From Malacoraja senta (Eukaryota), in contig CM075990.1 in NCBI GenBank assembly GCA_038087875.1, positions 16,308,001-16,372,000 of the forward strand: 64,000 nucleotides of DNA, in the 5' to 3' direction. Numbering within the stretch: position 1 is the first letter of the stretch; the number at the start of each line of letters is the position of its first letter. Positions 1 to 12,873 of this stretch are shown in pieces. Made by a program: the position numbers and the translations under genes. Under the pieces are notes generated by a model that was not told the DNA's origin, did no database searches, and was given only the letters and a program-made list of their open reading frames with translations.

Positions 1-181
1 GGGTAAATGTCACACAATATAAAGTGTTAAATGATAGATGAAGAACTGTGATTTACACATGAACGCGCTGGCTATTTGGAAACGTACCCACTTGCATTTT
101 CTCTTTAATGCAGGAGATATTCGCACCTGTACCAGCGTGCCCGCCATTCACCCGGCGATAACGAGTGGCCGCGACGAGACT

Positions 182-244
182 ATGATAGTTCCGCGTAAAT
201 CCAATCAGGACTTGATCCGACCCCGATCTCGCAGGAACAGCTAT
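182..244 (+). CDS. chat: Choline O-acetyltransferase(-like), probable start-codon exon (exon 114-244; MIVPRKSNQDLIRPRSRRNSY)
   Basis: Acceptor ctctttaatgcag|114, ATG at 182, phase-0 donor TAT|gtatga at 244/245 joins in frame to 1685. The 21-aa peptide with VPRK resembles the recalled human MPILEKVPRKMAAKTPSSEES exon. Confidence 0.65.
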
Positions 245-1684
245 GTATGACAGCTTTTATACACACTGGTCGTTCGGGTGCAGGCGTGAAAGTAACAATC
301 GTTATCTCATTTGATGTGCGGAAGTTTTATAATGTAACTGTGCAGTTTGACAACCACATGTTTTCACACAGGGTGGAGGAGATGCAACAATCTAATGGTT
401 CCCCAATGCAGTACAGAGATGCTGATTTTCCCGCTCCACACAGACACGCAATGTAATAACCCCGACCGATAAATTAACTATAGGACCCCGGCCTCACAGC
501 GCCACGGACACGAGTTCGATCCTGACTACGGTCACTGTCTGTGGGGAGTTTGCACGTTCTCCCTATGACCACCTCCTGTTTCCTCCCACGTCCCAACAAT
601 GTGCAGGTTGGCAGGTTAGTTGGCCACAGTCATTTGCCCCAAGTGAGTAGGTGAGTGGTGGAACCTGGGTGTAGTTATTGGAGTGTGACATGAATTAGAG
701 CAGGATTAGTTGCTTGGTGGTTGACAGCGACTCGCTGGGCCTTAGGGCTTGTTTCCGTGTTGTATCTCGCTATGTCTACACTGTGGAGGTTGTAACATCC
801 CTTTAAGAGTTGTACCGTGGGACCATTGACAATACAATATTACATTGCAAATATTGAACTGGCTGGGCTACATTTTCTGTTGAGAATGGGTAGAGAAAAG
901 GATGCAAGTTATTTTATTTTACAAAGTACCTTCTTGGTTTAACTAACTACCTTCCGGTACCTTAGGCGCTGACACTGATGTAGAGGGAGAGGGCAAATTG
1001 TTTTGCCACAATCCTGATCAAGAATGAAGAACGAAAATCCCTTGAGAATTTACTAATACTGTTTGTGTTCATATAGTTCAAGCCGTTTTTCGCAGAAATG
1101 CACGGGAGCCTCTATTGAGATTTATGAGATCTGACCTGTTAGAAAACAAACTTGGACGGGGACGTGGATAGGAAAGGTGTAGAGAGACATGAGCCAAACA
1201 CGGGCAAACGGGACTAGTGTAGATGGGGTATCTTATAGTCCGTATGGACGAGTTGGGCTGATGTGTCCGTGCTGTACGACTCCATGCAGACAATGCCCCA
1301 TTATAATCACAAGAAGTTATAAATGATGCACATTTACCAGAACGCAAAGCATAATTTGCCACGAAAGCGACAAAGTCTACAAATATATACACTGTGCTGC
1401 AAGAGAGAGCTAGATAGGGCTCTTAAAGATAGCGGAGTCAGGGCATATGGGGAGAAGGCAGGAACGGGGTACTGATTGGGGATGATCACCCATGATCACG
1501 TTGAATGGCGATGCTGGCTCGAAGGGCCGAATGGCCTACTCCTGCACCTGTTGTCTATTGTCTATAACAATTAACCTGCCTATGGAGCCTGTACAGTTTA
1601 ATAGTTTTCACTGTTCAACATTTTCTTAATCAATCTTCATCATGGTTGTTGAAATGGATTTTATTTTTTTTCTGTAACCTGTAG

Positions 1685-1876
1685 GTGTTGCCCAAATATC
1701 CCGTCCCTTCTCTGCAGGAGACACTGGACACCTACCTAAAATCCGTGAATCACTTGGTCACGCACGAGCAGTACCAAACCACCAAAGCCATTGTGGAAAG
1801 TTTTGGCGCCACTGGCGGGATGGGCGAACTTTTGCAGGAACATTTGGTAAAGCGAAAAGAAAAGAAAGTTAATTGG
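1685..1876 (+). CDS. chat: ChAT coding exon 2 (VLPKYPVPSLQETL...KVNW)
   Basis: tag|GTG acceptor, TGG|gtaatg donor, 192 bp; LPKxPVPxLxxTL motif of choline/carnitine acyltransferases. Confidence 0.95.
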
Positions 1877-3645
1877 GTAATGGCAGAACTTCATTCTTTC
1901 AAAGAGATGCGTGCATTTTACTGAATGTGCTCTTCAGAAACAGCTGCGAAGAAAAGACTGCAACAATAAAATTACTTCTGCGATGTGTGATGGATCTTGT
2001 TTGGACTGCATTTCGGAAACTGTGCACGTCTGGTCTCTCTGAGAAAGGTTATTCTTGAGTTAGAAGGTGTACATTTAAGATTTACTAGATAATGTAGATT
2101 GATGGAAACAGGGGATTGTCTAATGAGAAATTAGAAAGAAAAACATGTCAAATGCTGGTTAATACATTAATGGAGTAACTCAAAGGGGGGCATCACTGGA
2201 AGACATGGATAGGTGACGTTTCGGGCTCAGACCCTTCTTCAGACTGATTGTGGGGTGGGAGAAGAAAGCTGGAAAAGGGGAGAGGCAGTGCAAAGCATGG
2301 TGGATAATGAATGGCTGGAGCCCAGAGCGGTGGGAATCACAGAGGGGTAGCAGTGAGGGAGGGTCTCACAGAATGAAGTAGGCTTGGCCTATATTGTCTT
2401 GAGTTTAGAAGAGGAGAGATGATCTCACTGAAACATTAAGGTTCTGATGGGAACACAAGAAACTGCAGATGCTAGAATCTTGAGCAGATAACAAGCTTGG
2501 AGGAGATGCCGCATTGTGTCAGGCAGCATCTGTGGAGGGAATGGAATGACAACCTTTTGTTTTTGGGACCCTTCTTCAGACTGAGTTCTTATGGGCTTTG
2601 TCAACACAGTTGCAGGGATAAATGTTCCTCTGGGCTGGGTGCCTGGAACAAAATGTCAGGGACTCAAACTGAGGGGTTGCCCATTCAGAAATGTGTTAAA
2701 GAGTAATGGTTCTTTACAAAGAATTGCAGAGATTTGTACTCTATTTGATAGATAGGCAGATAGATTTTTGAATGTTGGGGAAATGAAGGGATAAAAATGA
2801 GAAAGTGGTGCTGTGTTGAAAGACCAAACATGATCAAACAGCGGCCACAGAGGTCTTAATGGCCATCTCTTCCTGACATCCTTATGCTTCCATCATGTTT
2901 TTGTTTATAACTTTATGGAATATGAGCACTATGATCTCTAATTTCCAGATAGGGTTGACTATATTATATTGTAACGGTATCCAGGAAATTGCATTTTCCA
3001 TTAAACCTGTCCCTGTTTGACATAGAGGTTTCTCTTTTCTGAATAAATCAGATGAGCCACTGCACTTATAATGTGGCTCTTAACTATATTATTTGAGCAA
3101 GGAAACATCAATAGGCAAATTCTGCAGTGACTCAAAGTGAGGCAAGAAGGCTTATTTAATTTTGTCGAGATGTACAACGTTCAGAGGAAAACAATCAACC
3201 ATGGTCCCTTGCTGCTACTTGTCAAACTTTATGAGTCATCTGCTATTGATAAGTCATTGTCGGCTCATCATTTTTATTTATGGTTTAAATTGAAAGCACT
3301 GAATAAATTAGACAATCAAAAGGGGCTGTTCTAAAGATATGCAAGAAGGAACTGCAGATGCTGGTTTACACCGAAGATAGGCACAATATGCTGGAGTAAC
3401 TCAGTGAGTCAGGCAGCATCTGTGGATAGAAGGAGTAGGTGACATTTCGGGTTAAGACCCTTCTTCAGACTGAGAGTCAGGGGGAAAGGGAACTAGAGCT
3501 ATGAAAATGTACAAAGAAAATGTGAATCAAAGTCAGCAATGATGATCAGGGAGAGGTGGAGCTCACAACGGTCCATTGTTGACTGTGGAGAAGGTGGTAG
3601 GTATATTAGTAGTAACAATAAACTGTTCTTTCTTCTCGTCCCAAG

Positions 3646-3764
3646 ATTTATGACTGGTGGTTGGATACCATGTATCTATGCAACCCACTTGCACTTCCTG
3701 TAAACTCCAGCCCTGGAATGGTCTTCCCTCAGCAGAACTTCCAGGATGAGGGTGATCAGCTCAG
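3646..3764 (+). CDS. chat: ChAT coding exon 3 (IYDWWLDTMYLCNPLALPVNSSPG...DQLR)
   Basis: caag|ATT, AG|gtacaa, 119 bp; LALPVNSSP is ChAT-typical. Confidence 0.95.
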
Positions 3765-4686
3765 GTACAACTACTCATGCACCCTGTTTTACATAGCACC
3801 ACACAGATTATATTATGTTGTAAAATGCAAGATCGTAACAAGATGTCTGTGCTTTCAACTCTACAATCCCTTGTTTTGACACTTAAGGCTGAAATTGTAA
3901 ACACAGCCCTAAAGTACTATATTGGTATTATTTCTTGCTAACATTTCAAAACCAGGTCCCTGAATCAGTAATTGACAATTCAAAACCAGGTCCCTGATGT
4001 TCTTATTACTGCTTTGTTCTCATACCTGTTCCTAAATAAATGATTTTCAAAGGCAGGGTTACCTCTGAATGGCTTTCCTCAAACCCTTTGCACAGGCAGC
4101 AAAGTACACTGTAGTTGGTGGCGATGTGTTTGCCACTGTTATGTAACATTACCCAAAAGTGAACCAAGGCTTATCCATTGCATGGTCATCTTCCCATCTA
4201 TTTGCATTGGTGAACTGTGTCCCACCGATTAAACTTAAACCAAATGTGTAGGAAGGGACTGCAGATGCTAGTTTAAACCCAAGATAGACACAAAAAGCTG
4301 GAGTAACTCAATGGGTCAGACAGCATCTCTGGAACGTCACCTATTCCTTTTCTCCAAAGATGCTGTCTGACCCGCTGAATTACTCCAGCTTTCTGTGTCT
4401 ATCTGAACGTAACCAAACCTGGGCATCCTTTCCTTGCTGAAGCTGCAAGAGTAGTTTGTGTCTATCTTCGATTTAAACCAGCATCTGCAGTTCTTTCCTA
4501 CACGCTGCCAGAGTATTGTTGTTATCTAGCCGGATATGGTTCCCAATCCTGCGTGTAATTGCAGTCAGGTATAATTATAAATAGTAATTATAATGATCAT
4601 CATTCAGGGATCTGTTTTCATTGGAGCGAGCTTCCATTGATGATGGCGTGTAGTGCCTTTATTATCAGTTTATTTTCCCATTGCAG

Positions 4687-4740
4687 GTTTGCTGCTCGTC
4701 TCATCTGTGGAATACTGGATTACAAAGTTGTACTGGATGC
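4687..4740 (+). CDS. chat: ChAT coding exon 4 (FAARLICGILDYKVVLD)
   Basis: ttgcag|G, GC|gtaagt, 54 bp, phases match neighbours. Confidence 0.93.
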
Positions 4741-5565
4741 GTAAGTAATTGACAATCAGAAATAAACTTCCAATTATATAAGTTAAAATGACCAATGATT
4801 CCATTCCTCTGCTGTTGTTTCTCCAACAAAGCCAAGATTATTTAGTGAAATACTTTCACTTTCTAACATGTCTCATCAAATTATTTTGAATATCTGTTTT
4901 TGACATGAAATGGGAATAATTTATAAAATGTATGGGGTATGTTTACTTCTATTCTGACTATAGGCACAAAAAGCTGTAGTAACTCAGCGGGACAGGCAAC
5001 ATCTCTGGAGAAAAGGAATGGGTGATGTTTCGGGTCGAGAGCCTTCTTCACTTTACTTTTATCCTGTTGGGAAACCAAGATCAAAGACTTTGGTGTAGTG
5101 TCAACAAGAATAACTAATCTGTTGGGTGCCAGGCATAAGGTTTAAATTCTGGGGTTTGTAGGAGGTGTTTCTGGCTGATGGGGTGAAGGCCATTTAAAGT
5201 TCTGAAAAAGTCCATTACTATGCAAGGGAATGCTTAGTCTTAGGTTCAGGTTTATTATTGTCGTGTTTACCGAGATGCAGCGAAAAGCTTTGTTTTGTAT
5301 GCCATCCAATCAAGCTAAACTCAAATACAATAGGTAGAGTGAAAGGAAACTGTGATGTGAATATTGTTTCTTTGCTTCTGGAACTTGAGGCTTACAAAAG
5401 TAACAATGAGAGTAATGACTAGAATAATATTGGTAAAATAGCGAAGATTGAATAATTATGTTAAAAGTGCTGGAAATACTCAGGCAGCTTTCAAAGATGG
5501 AGAAATCTGTAAGGACAATGACATTATAAGTCTTAAAGAAATTAAAGAAAATAAAAATGTTCAGT

Positions 5566-5593
5566 CTGAAGAAGGGTATCGGCCCGAAACGTT
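5566..5593 (+). ncRNA. Minimal type-I hammerhead ribozyme motif in Penelope-like element terminus
   Basis: CTGAAGA-A-GGGT(ATCG)GCCC-GAAAC-GTT. Confidence 0.55.
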
Positions 5594-6900
5594 GCCTATT
5601 TCCTTCGCTCCATAGATGCTGCCTCACCCGCTGAGTTTCTCCAGCATTTTTGTCTACCAAAAATTTTAATTGATGTGTTTTAATTTATATAGAGCAAAAT
5701 TGTGTTTACGAAGTCCAAAACCTCAGAGGTTTAATGCCTGATTATTATTAGATAAGATATTGGTGAATGAATTATATATGCCCTGACAGCTAGGGGATTT
5801 TTAGTTTGATCTATCAGAAAAATTGTAAATCAGCACTCAAATAATTTATGTGCAAGTTGTTCAGGAGTTTGTACAACTTTAGCATAGGCATTGCTTATTG
5901 AACCACATATGGTTTACATGCATTAAATCCTAAATCAGACAATATCTAACTCAGAAGAAATTGTTGATACAAGGAAACTGCAGATGCTGGAATCTTGAGC
6001 AAAAAGAAGGGTGGTGGAGCAACTCAGTGGGTCAGGCAGCAACTGTGGAGGGAATGGACACATGCTCCTGTTTTGGGTCAGGACTGTTCTTCAGACTGAT
6101 TGGAGTAGGGGGAGAAAGATGGTAAAGAGGTGGGGTGGGTACACAACCAGGCAAGTGATAGGTGGAGATAGACACAAAGTGCTGAAGTAACTCAGTGGGT
6201 CAGGCTGCGTCTTTGGAGAAAGATAATGGTGATGTTTCGGGTTGGAACCCTTCTTCAGGCTGAGAGTAGCGTGGGGAGGGGGAGGGGGACTGGAGGCAGG
6301 AAAAGGCCAGAACAAATCATGACCAAGGAAGCGTGGAGCCCATGGCTGTTGGAGAGATGATAGGTGGATACAGGTGAGGGGGCTGGTTGACAGATTGCTG
6401 AGATAGGTGCCAAAGGCTACAGTGAAAATGAGACAAAAGAGTGTCAGATAGGGAAAGAAGAGAAGGAATGAAATGTCAAGCCTGAGGTAAGGATATTGAT
6501 GGAAGGGGGCAGAGGGGAGAGGAATGAGGAGTTATAAGAGGGAAATGTGAGACTCAGGCATGGGAGATAAGTGTAGGGAGGAGACAAAAGAAGCAGGGTG
6601 ACTGGGGTGGTGGGAAATGGTGGCAGAGGGGGGCTGTGGAAAGGTAGGAGGAGGATAAGGGGGGGGCGGGGGTATTACTTGAAATTGGGGAATTAATTGT
6701 CCTTACTATTGATAGACACAAAAAGCTGGAGTAACTCAGTGGGACAGGCAGCATCCCTGGAGAGAAGGAATGGGTGACATCAAGACCCTTCTTCAGACTG
6801 GTTAGGGATAAAGAAAATGAGAGATATAGACGATGATGTAGAGAGATAAATAACAATGAATGAAAGATATGCAAAAAAGTAAACGATAATAAAGGGAACT

Positions 6901-7770
6901 TAGACTTAGACTTAGACGTAGATTCCTTTATTGTCATTCAGAGCTTTCGGTCTGAACGAAATTTCGTTGCCTGCAGTCATACATATAATAAATAACAAAA
7001 CACACAATAAACACAAATTAACATCCACCACAGTGAGTTCACCAGGCACCTCCTCACTGTGATGGAGGCAAAAGTCTTAAAGTCTCTGTCTCTTCCCTCT
7101 TTGTTCTCCCTCTGTGCTGAGGCGATCCAGGCTTCTGACGTTGTGACCCCGCCGGGTGATGGTAAGTCAATCCCGCGGCTGAATCCGTGCTCCGTCCGCG
7201 ACGGGCCGGTACAAACTCCGCGGCCCGGGGTGGCCGAAGCTGCCGAAGCTGCCGCCCTCCAGTTCAGCGGACGCAGCTGTAGTTGCGGGAGCCCCAGAAA
7301 AACAGGTCACCCACCTGTGACCTGCGAGCTCCCGACGATGTCGTCCACCGGGCCCGCGGCCGAGCCTCCGGACTCAGGTCGCCACCAACGTCCTCGGTCG
7401 TCACTGCCGGAACGCCACTGCAGCCCCGAAGCCGGCCAGCCCCGCGCTGGTAAGTCCTGGCTCTGCCTCCGGAGCCGCGAGGTCGGTCGGTCACAGTTGG
7501 AGTTGGAGGCCGGCAGCTCCGCCATTTTGGCCTCAGCGCAGACGGAGGCAGAGAAGGGGGATACGACAGAAAAAGTCGCATTCCCCCGAAGGAAGAGACA
7601 AAAGTCATGTTTCACCCCCCCACCCCCCACCCCCACCCCACCCCACACATACACAACCCAATAAACTAAAAATTAACTAAAACAGGACAAAAGAAAACAA
7701 CAACAAAAGTAAAAACAGACGGACTGCAGGTGAGCCGCAGCTATGCAACAGCATCGCCACTTCCGGAGGC
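6901..7770 (-). mobile_element. GC/CpG-rich non-autonomous retroelement with (AAGTCT)n tail inserted in a Penelope element
   Basis: Minus-strand AATAAA and AAGTCT tandem tail at 6901-6935; CpG-rich 5' part; host PLE sequence (aact...ggccattg) resumes at 7771. Confidence 0.6.
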
Positions 7771-7926
7771 GAAACTGGCCATTGTTAGCCGTTTGTTGGG
7801 TGAAAACGAGAAGCTGGTGCGACTTTGGTGGAGGAGGATAGAGAGCGAGAGGATGTCAGGGCTACCTGAAGTTAGAGAAATACAAATTTATACCACTGGG
7901 CTGTAAGCTGCCCAAGCGAAATATGA

Positions 7927-8255
7927 TTCAAGATTCAAGATTCAAGAGAGTTTATTGTCATGTGTCCCAGATAGGACAATGAAATTCTTGCTTTGCTTCA
8001 GCACAACAGAATATAGTAGGCATAAATAAATACAGAACAGATCAGTGTGACCATATACTATTGAATATATATATATATACACACATAAATAATGAGATAA
8101 AGTGCATTGTTCTATTAATGTTCAGAGTTTTGTTTGGGTTGAGTTTAATAGCCTGATGGCTGTGGGGAAGGAGCTATTCCTGAACCTGGATGTTGCAGAT
8201 TTCAGGCCCCTGTACCTTCTACCTGAAGGCAGCGGGGAGATGAGTGAGTGGCCAG
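7927..8255 (-). mobile_element. Rex1/Babar-like LINE 3' end
   Basis: PLPSGRRYRGLKSATSRFRNSSFPTAIRLLN ORF terminus; (TCTTGAA)n tail; splits the PLE ORF. Confidence 0.75.
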
Positions 8256-8378
8256 GATGCTGTTCCTCCAATTTGCCTCTAGTCTCACTCTGCTCACCCC
8301 TACATCTTCTCACCCATAACCATTGGATGGGCAGCAGCTGGATTATTAAAGCATTGCTTTTCCCTTCTTGTTTTGCAG

Positions 8379-8559
8379 CCGTGCCTTACCTGTTGATTTT
8401 GCCCGTGGTCAGTTAGCAGGACATGCCTTGTGTATGGAACAGTACTACAGGCTTTTCACGTCCTATCGTCTACCGGGCCAACAAAAAGACACACTGGTAA
8501 CCCAGAAAAACAATGTCATGCCTGAAACGGAGCAAGTGATCGTGGCTTATCGAAACCAG
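8379..8559 (+). CDS. chat: ChAT coding exon 5 (RALPVDFARGQLAGHALCMEQYYRLFTSYRLPG...RNQ)
   Basis: tttgcag|C, CAG|gtgata, 181 bp; LCMxQYYxLFxSYRLPG motif. Confidence 0.95.
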
Positions 8560-9372
8560 GTGATAATTCAGTTTACATTGGGAAATGTGGAGGAGATGGA
8601 AATTAATAGTGGGGTGGTCTTAGCCAGAGTAGGAGAGGTGTGGATGAGAAAATCAGATTTAACAAAGAACTATTGTGAATGGGTGATCGATGATTGGCAT
8701 GGATTTGGTGGGCTGAAAGGCCTGTTTCCATGTTGCATCTAAACTAAATTAGAAGAGATGAATGGACAAATGAGTTCAATGTAGATACATTCTGGACAAT
8801 TTATCTTTCCTGATGAATAACAATTCTTTTTTTTAATCAATAAATGATGAAATATTGGAACTGAGAAAGGTATAAAGAATGAACTGCAGATGTTGCCTTG
8901 CAATTGCTGCCTTACAGTGCCAGAGACCCGGGTTCAATCCTGACTACGGGTGCAGTCTGTACAGAGTTTGAACAGTCTTCGTGTGATTGCGTGGGTTTTC
9001 TCTGGGTACTCCGGTTACCATCCACATTCCAAAGACATGCGGGTTTATGGGTTAATTGACTTCACTAAATTGTCCCTAGACTGTAGGATAGAACTAGTGT
9101 ATGGGTGATCGCTGGTCGGCGTGGACACGATGGGTCGAAGGGCCTGTTTCTATGCTGTTGGTCCAAAGTCTAAAGTCTAATGTCTCTGCTGGTTAACAAT
9201 AAAACTGATAGAAATAATAGAAATGACCCTTGTTGAATGTCGATATATGAGTTAGATGCAAAGACATTTACAGTGGTCCTTATATATAACTCATGCTTCT
9301 CGACATTTTGCACGGACTCCTTACAGGATTACATTAAAGTTTACTTCCGTCACTTTGTTTTGTTTGTGCCAG

Positions 9373-9550
9373 TTCTTTGTTTTGGATGTGGTCATAACCT
9401 ACAGACGCTTGAACGAAACCGACTTGTTCACCCAGTTGAGAAGGATTGTAAAAATGGCGGGGAGTGAGGAGGAAAGGTCACCCCCTTTAGGTCTCCTCAC
9501 ATCCGACAGTCGGCCCAAGTGGGCGGAGGCAAGGAAAGTGCTTATAAGAG
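9373..9550 (+). CDS. chat: ChAT coding exon 6 ([29 protein letters not shown]...)
   Basis: gccag|TTC, G|gtcagt, 178 bp. Confidence 0.95.
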
Positions 9551-10343
9551 GTCAGTAGCAAGTATGCAGGCAGAACCATTCTGCACCACAAAATCCACTA
9601 GGCAAATGCACTTTGTGTTTTACGTCAATGCAAACTATATGGTTAGCTTTGCATTTGTTTCCTAGCACATTTTTTGCAACAATTCAAATGAGATCTCAGA
9701 AAACTATATATATGAATTCAATTTAATCAGAAGGTCGATTATCTTTTTGGTGTTGTAACTAGAATGCATGTTATGCAAAAATTAACAAAGTGCTCAATGT
9801 GACTACTCAAAATGACCAGTCTGAAGAAGGGTCTCGACCAGAAACGTCGCCTGCTACTTTTCTCCATAGATGCTGCCTCACCTGCTGAGTTTCTCCAGCA
9901 TTTTTTGTCTACACTCAACCAATACAGGTCATATATGTTAGGAGATAGTAAAGTCTAATTGATAGCTGTACAGATATGGGCCAAGTGAATCACGCACTGC
10001 CTGTTCTTTTCTGCCACCTGGGCTTCCTTATGGTACTCCGATTTCCTCCCACATCCCAAAGACCTGCTGATTTGTAGGTTAATTGCCCCTATGTAAAAAT
10101 TGCCTCCCAGTATAAAGGGAGTGGATGAGAAAATGGGATAGCATAGGACTTCTGTGAACTGATGGTTGGAGTGGACCCAGTGGGCCGAAGGGCCTGTTTC
10201 CATGCTGAATCTTTCAATCAATCAAAAAACCTGCATCTCTGTTTACAGAGTTGTCATCTCCATGCATGTCTGCACTCATTATCATCTTGGGGAATAGCCT
10301 TCAATGACAATTGACATGTGGTACATTAAACCACATACCTTTA

Positions 10344-10685
10344 TGGGCCTGTCCCACTTACTTGACTTTTTCGGCGACTGCCGGCACCCGTCATAGTTTG
10401 TCACAGGTTGCCGAAAATTTTCAACATGTTGAAAATCGAGCGGCGACCAGAATAAGGTACGACTCTTTGGGCGACTACTCACGACCCACACAGGCTTCAC
10501 CCCGCGACATGTCACCAGGGTGTCACCTGTATGGTCGTGAGTCGTCTCCTCAGTCGCCCAAAGAGTCGTAGCATCTTTCTGGAAGCCGCTGGATTTTCAA
10601 CATGTTGAAAATTTTCGCCAACCCACAACGACCTATGACGGGTGCCGGCAGTCACTGTAAAAGTCGGGTAAGTGGGACAGGCCCA
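10344..10685. mobile_element. PIF/Harbinger-like MITE
   Basis: TIR TGGGCCTGTCCCACTTAC...GTAAGTGGGACAGGCCCA extending imperfectly ~100 bp; TTA target-site duplication at 10341-10343 and 10686-10688. Confidence 0.8.
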
Positions 10686-12036
10686 TTAGGCACCTTCTAT
10701 CCTGGAAACAGACCTTTAACATTTGTTCTGGGGAAATATGGTGTGTAGTACTGAACAAAACAAATCTTCCTCAATGTCACCATTTGCTTTAACTAAACCC
10801 CATATCTGGCACTGAGTTAACCCTATATCCTCCAGTGAAGGAAAGTGACCTTCCAGTGGACTGCTTATTCTTTACTTATATTGGCTTCTAGCTCAGCTGT
10901 ATAACCAAGCCTAATTAGAAGATAGACACTAAATGCTGGAATAACTCAGCAGGGCAGGCAGCATCTCTGCAGAGAATGAATGGGTGACGTTTAGAGTCAA
11001 AAACCCTTCTTCATTCCTCCTGTGCAGAGATGCTGCCTGTCTCGCTGAGTTACTCCAGCATTTTGTGTCCATCTTCGGTGTACACCAGAATCTGCAGTTC
11101 CTTCCTACATATTTCGTCCAACCAAGTCTAATTCTTGTGGGACAACAATACACTGTATAGTTTCATTCTAAAATCAAACTAATTTTACACGCAACAGCAC
11201 CAGATTTAGTTGAACTCCCTGCATCATATACATATTGAACCACAGATAATATATCAATGTTTTTGATAGTATAATTTTAAGAAGTACTTCCTGATCTAGT
11301 ATTTGGTTATGACCTCGATCACTATGTAGATACTGCCAATCGTGCACATATGTCTCCAATTGCAGAGAATGTAAGAACACACCTCTGTAGAAATTAGAAT
11401 CTATGTTCGTCTATTATTGCAAGATGAATTAATTAAATAACCACTGAAGTGCAAGTTTCAGTTAACGAGATCTGGAAAGCCAATATCCAACATTGTTTCT
11501 GGCAATGATGAGTGGGAACATTCACTCTTATACCCAGGCAGTGTGTCCTAATACTCCACTCCTTTGTAAATGTACAAAAAGATGAATAAAGTCAAGAGTA
11601 GGTCCCCTGCTGTCAGAAACTGGAAACTGCATGAGGATGAACATGGCAGTGGTAGACAATGAAACAAATACATCACTTCAAAGATTACTTCACTTTATGC
11701 AGTTTCCAGTTTCTGACAGCAGGGGACCAACTCTTGAATTTATTCATGTACGGAGTTTGTACATTCTCCACGTGACTGCATGGGATTTGTCCGGGTGCTC
11801 CGGTTTCCTCCCACACGCCAAAGACGTGCAGTTTTGTAGGCTAATTGGCCTTGGTAAAATTTTAAATTGTCCCTAGTGTGTAGGATAGTGCTAGTGTACG
11901 GGGTGATCACTGGTTGACATGGACTCTGTGGGCCGAAGGGCTTGTTTCCACGCTGTATATCTAAACTAAACTAATCTTCGATACAGACCTGAAAATCTGT
12001 CGCTTAGGTTAACTTGGTCCATTCTTCCTACTGCAG

Positions 12037-12206
12037 ATTCAACCAACCGAGACTCTCTGAATGCCATTGAACGTTGCATATTTCTGCTTTGCTTGGACGA
12101 ACCAACTGACGTTGAACTGACTGATCTAAATATGGCCCTGCAGATGATGCATGGCAATGGTTGGCATAAAAACAGTGCAAATCGGTGGTATGATAAAACA
12201 ATGCAG
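12037..12206 (+). CDS. chat: ChAT coding exon 7 ([20 protein letters not shown]...NRWYDKTMQ)
   Basis: ctgcag|AT, CAG|gtaaca, 170 bp; NRWYDK family motif (not in the supplied ORF track). Confidence 0.95.
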
Positions 12207-12547
12207 GTAACAGACATGGGGTGACAATAAATCACCTTATCCATTGAGTTTCATTGAGGAAGTATTTACCTATTTAAAAAGTAACAAATAAATGTTTAGT
12301 AATGTTTAAAAATATTATCCTGGTAATTCAGTGGTGCAAAAGTGGGATAATGTAGAACTAGTGTGAAGAGGTGGTCGATGGTCTGCATGGACTAGGTGGG
12401 CCGAAGGGCCTGTTCCCAGCTGTATCTTCCACTCAATGCAATCAATCCGAATATTGCTTGAACATACATTTGGCTATGGGAAACCCTTTACATGTTGTAT
12501 GTTTTCCTATCATCCCATGAATTGAAAACCGCTACTTCGTGAGTAGT

Positions 12548-12575
12548 CTGAGGAAGGGTTTCGACCCGAAACGTT
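12548..12575 (+). ncRNA. Minimal type-I hammerhead ribozyme motif (Penelope-like terminus)
   Basis: CTGAGGA-A-GGGT(TTCG)ACCC-GAAAC-GTT; perfect stem II with UUCG loop. Confidence 0.6.
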
Positions 12576-12873
12576 GCCTATTTCCTTCGCTCCATAGATG
12601 CTGCCACACCCGCTGAGTTTCTCCAGCATTTTTGTCTAACTTCATGAGAAAAAATCGTGTTAAAGCTGCTGCCTCCATGTATTGTTAATACCAGCCAATG
12701 CAAAATAAAAAAGCCTGTTATATGGTTTAATATGTTATCGGTACAATTATCAAGAAAAACTGCACACTGGACTATTGATCGAAGCCATTTCAGTAGACGT
12801 TTTACTTTTGAACTTTAGAATAATCCCAGAATAACAGAATTACAAAATGACGTATTTCCATTTATTCCTGCAG

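Larger units (their letters stand above)
5975..8293 (-). mobile_element. Nested cluster of Penelope-like element 3' ends, interrupted by later insertions
   Basis: Minus-strand ORF end QSETRGKLEEQH (8293-8256) | LIFRLGSLQPSGINLYFSNFR* (7926-7862), typical of the PLE GIY-YIG C-terminus, followed by a pyrimidine-rich UTR and the hammerhead-bearing terminal repeat. Confidence 0.75.

Noticed and set aside
372..456. Alternative ChAT first exon (MQQSNGSPMQ...)
   Set aside because: No phase-0 donor joins it to 1685 before the stop; the 114-244 exon fits better.
1..1684. Nested slc18a3 (VAChT) gene or RE1/NRSE element
   Set aside because: No long transporter ORF or RE1 match is visible; these would lie upstream of the window if present.
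7059..7664. 201-aa ORF and overlapping antisense ORFs
   Set aside because: High GC content suppresses stops; no recognisable domain; lies inside an inserted element.
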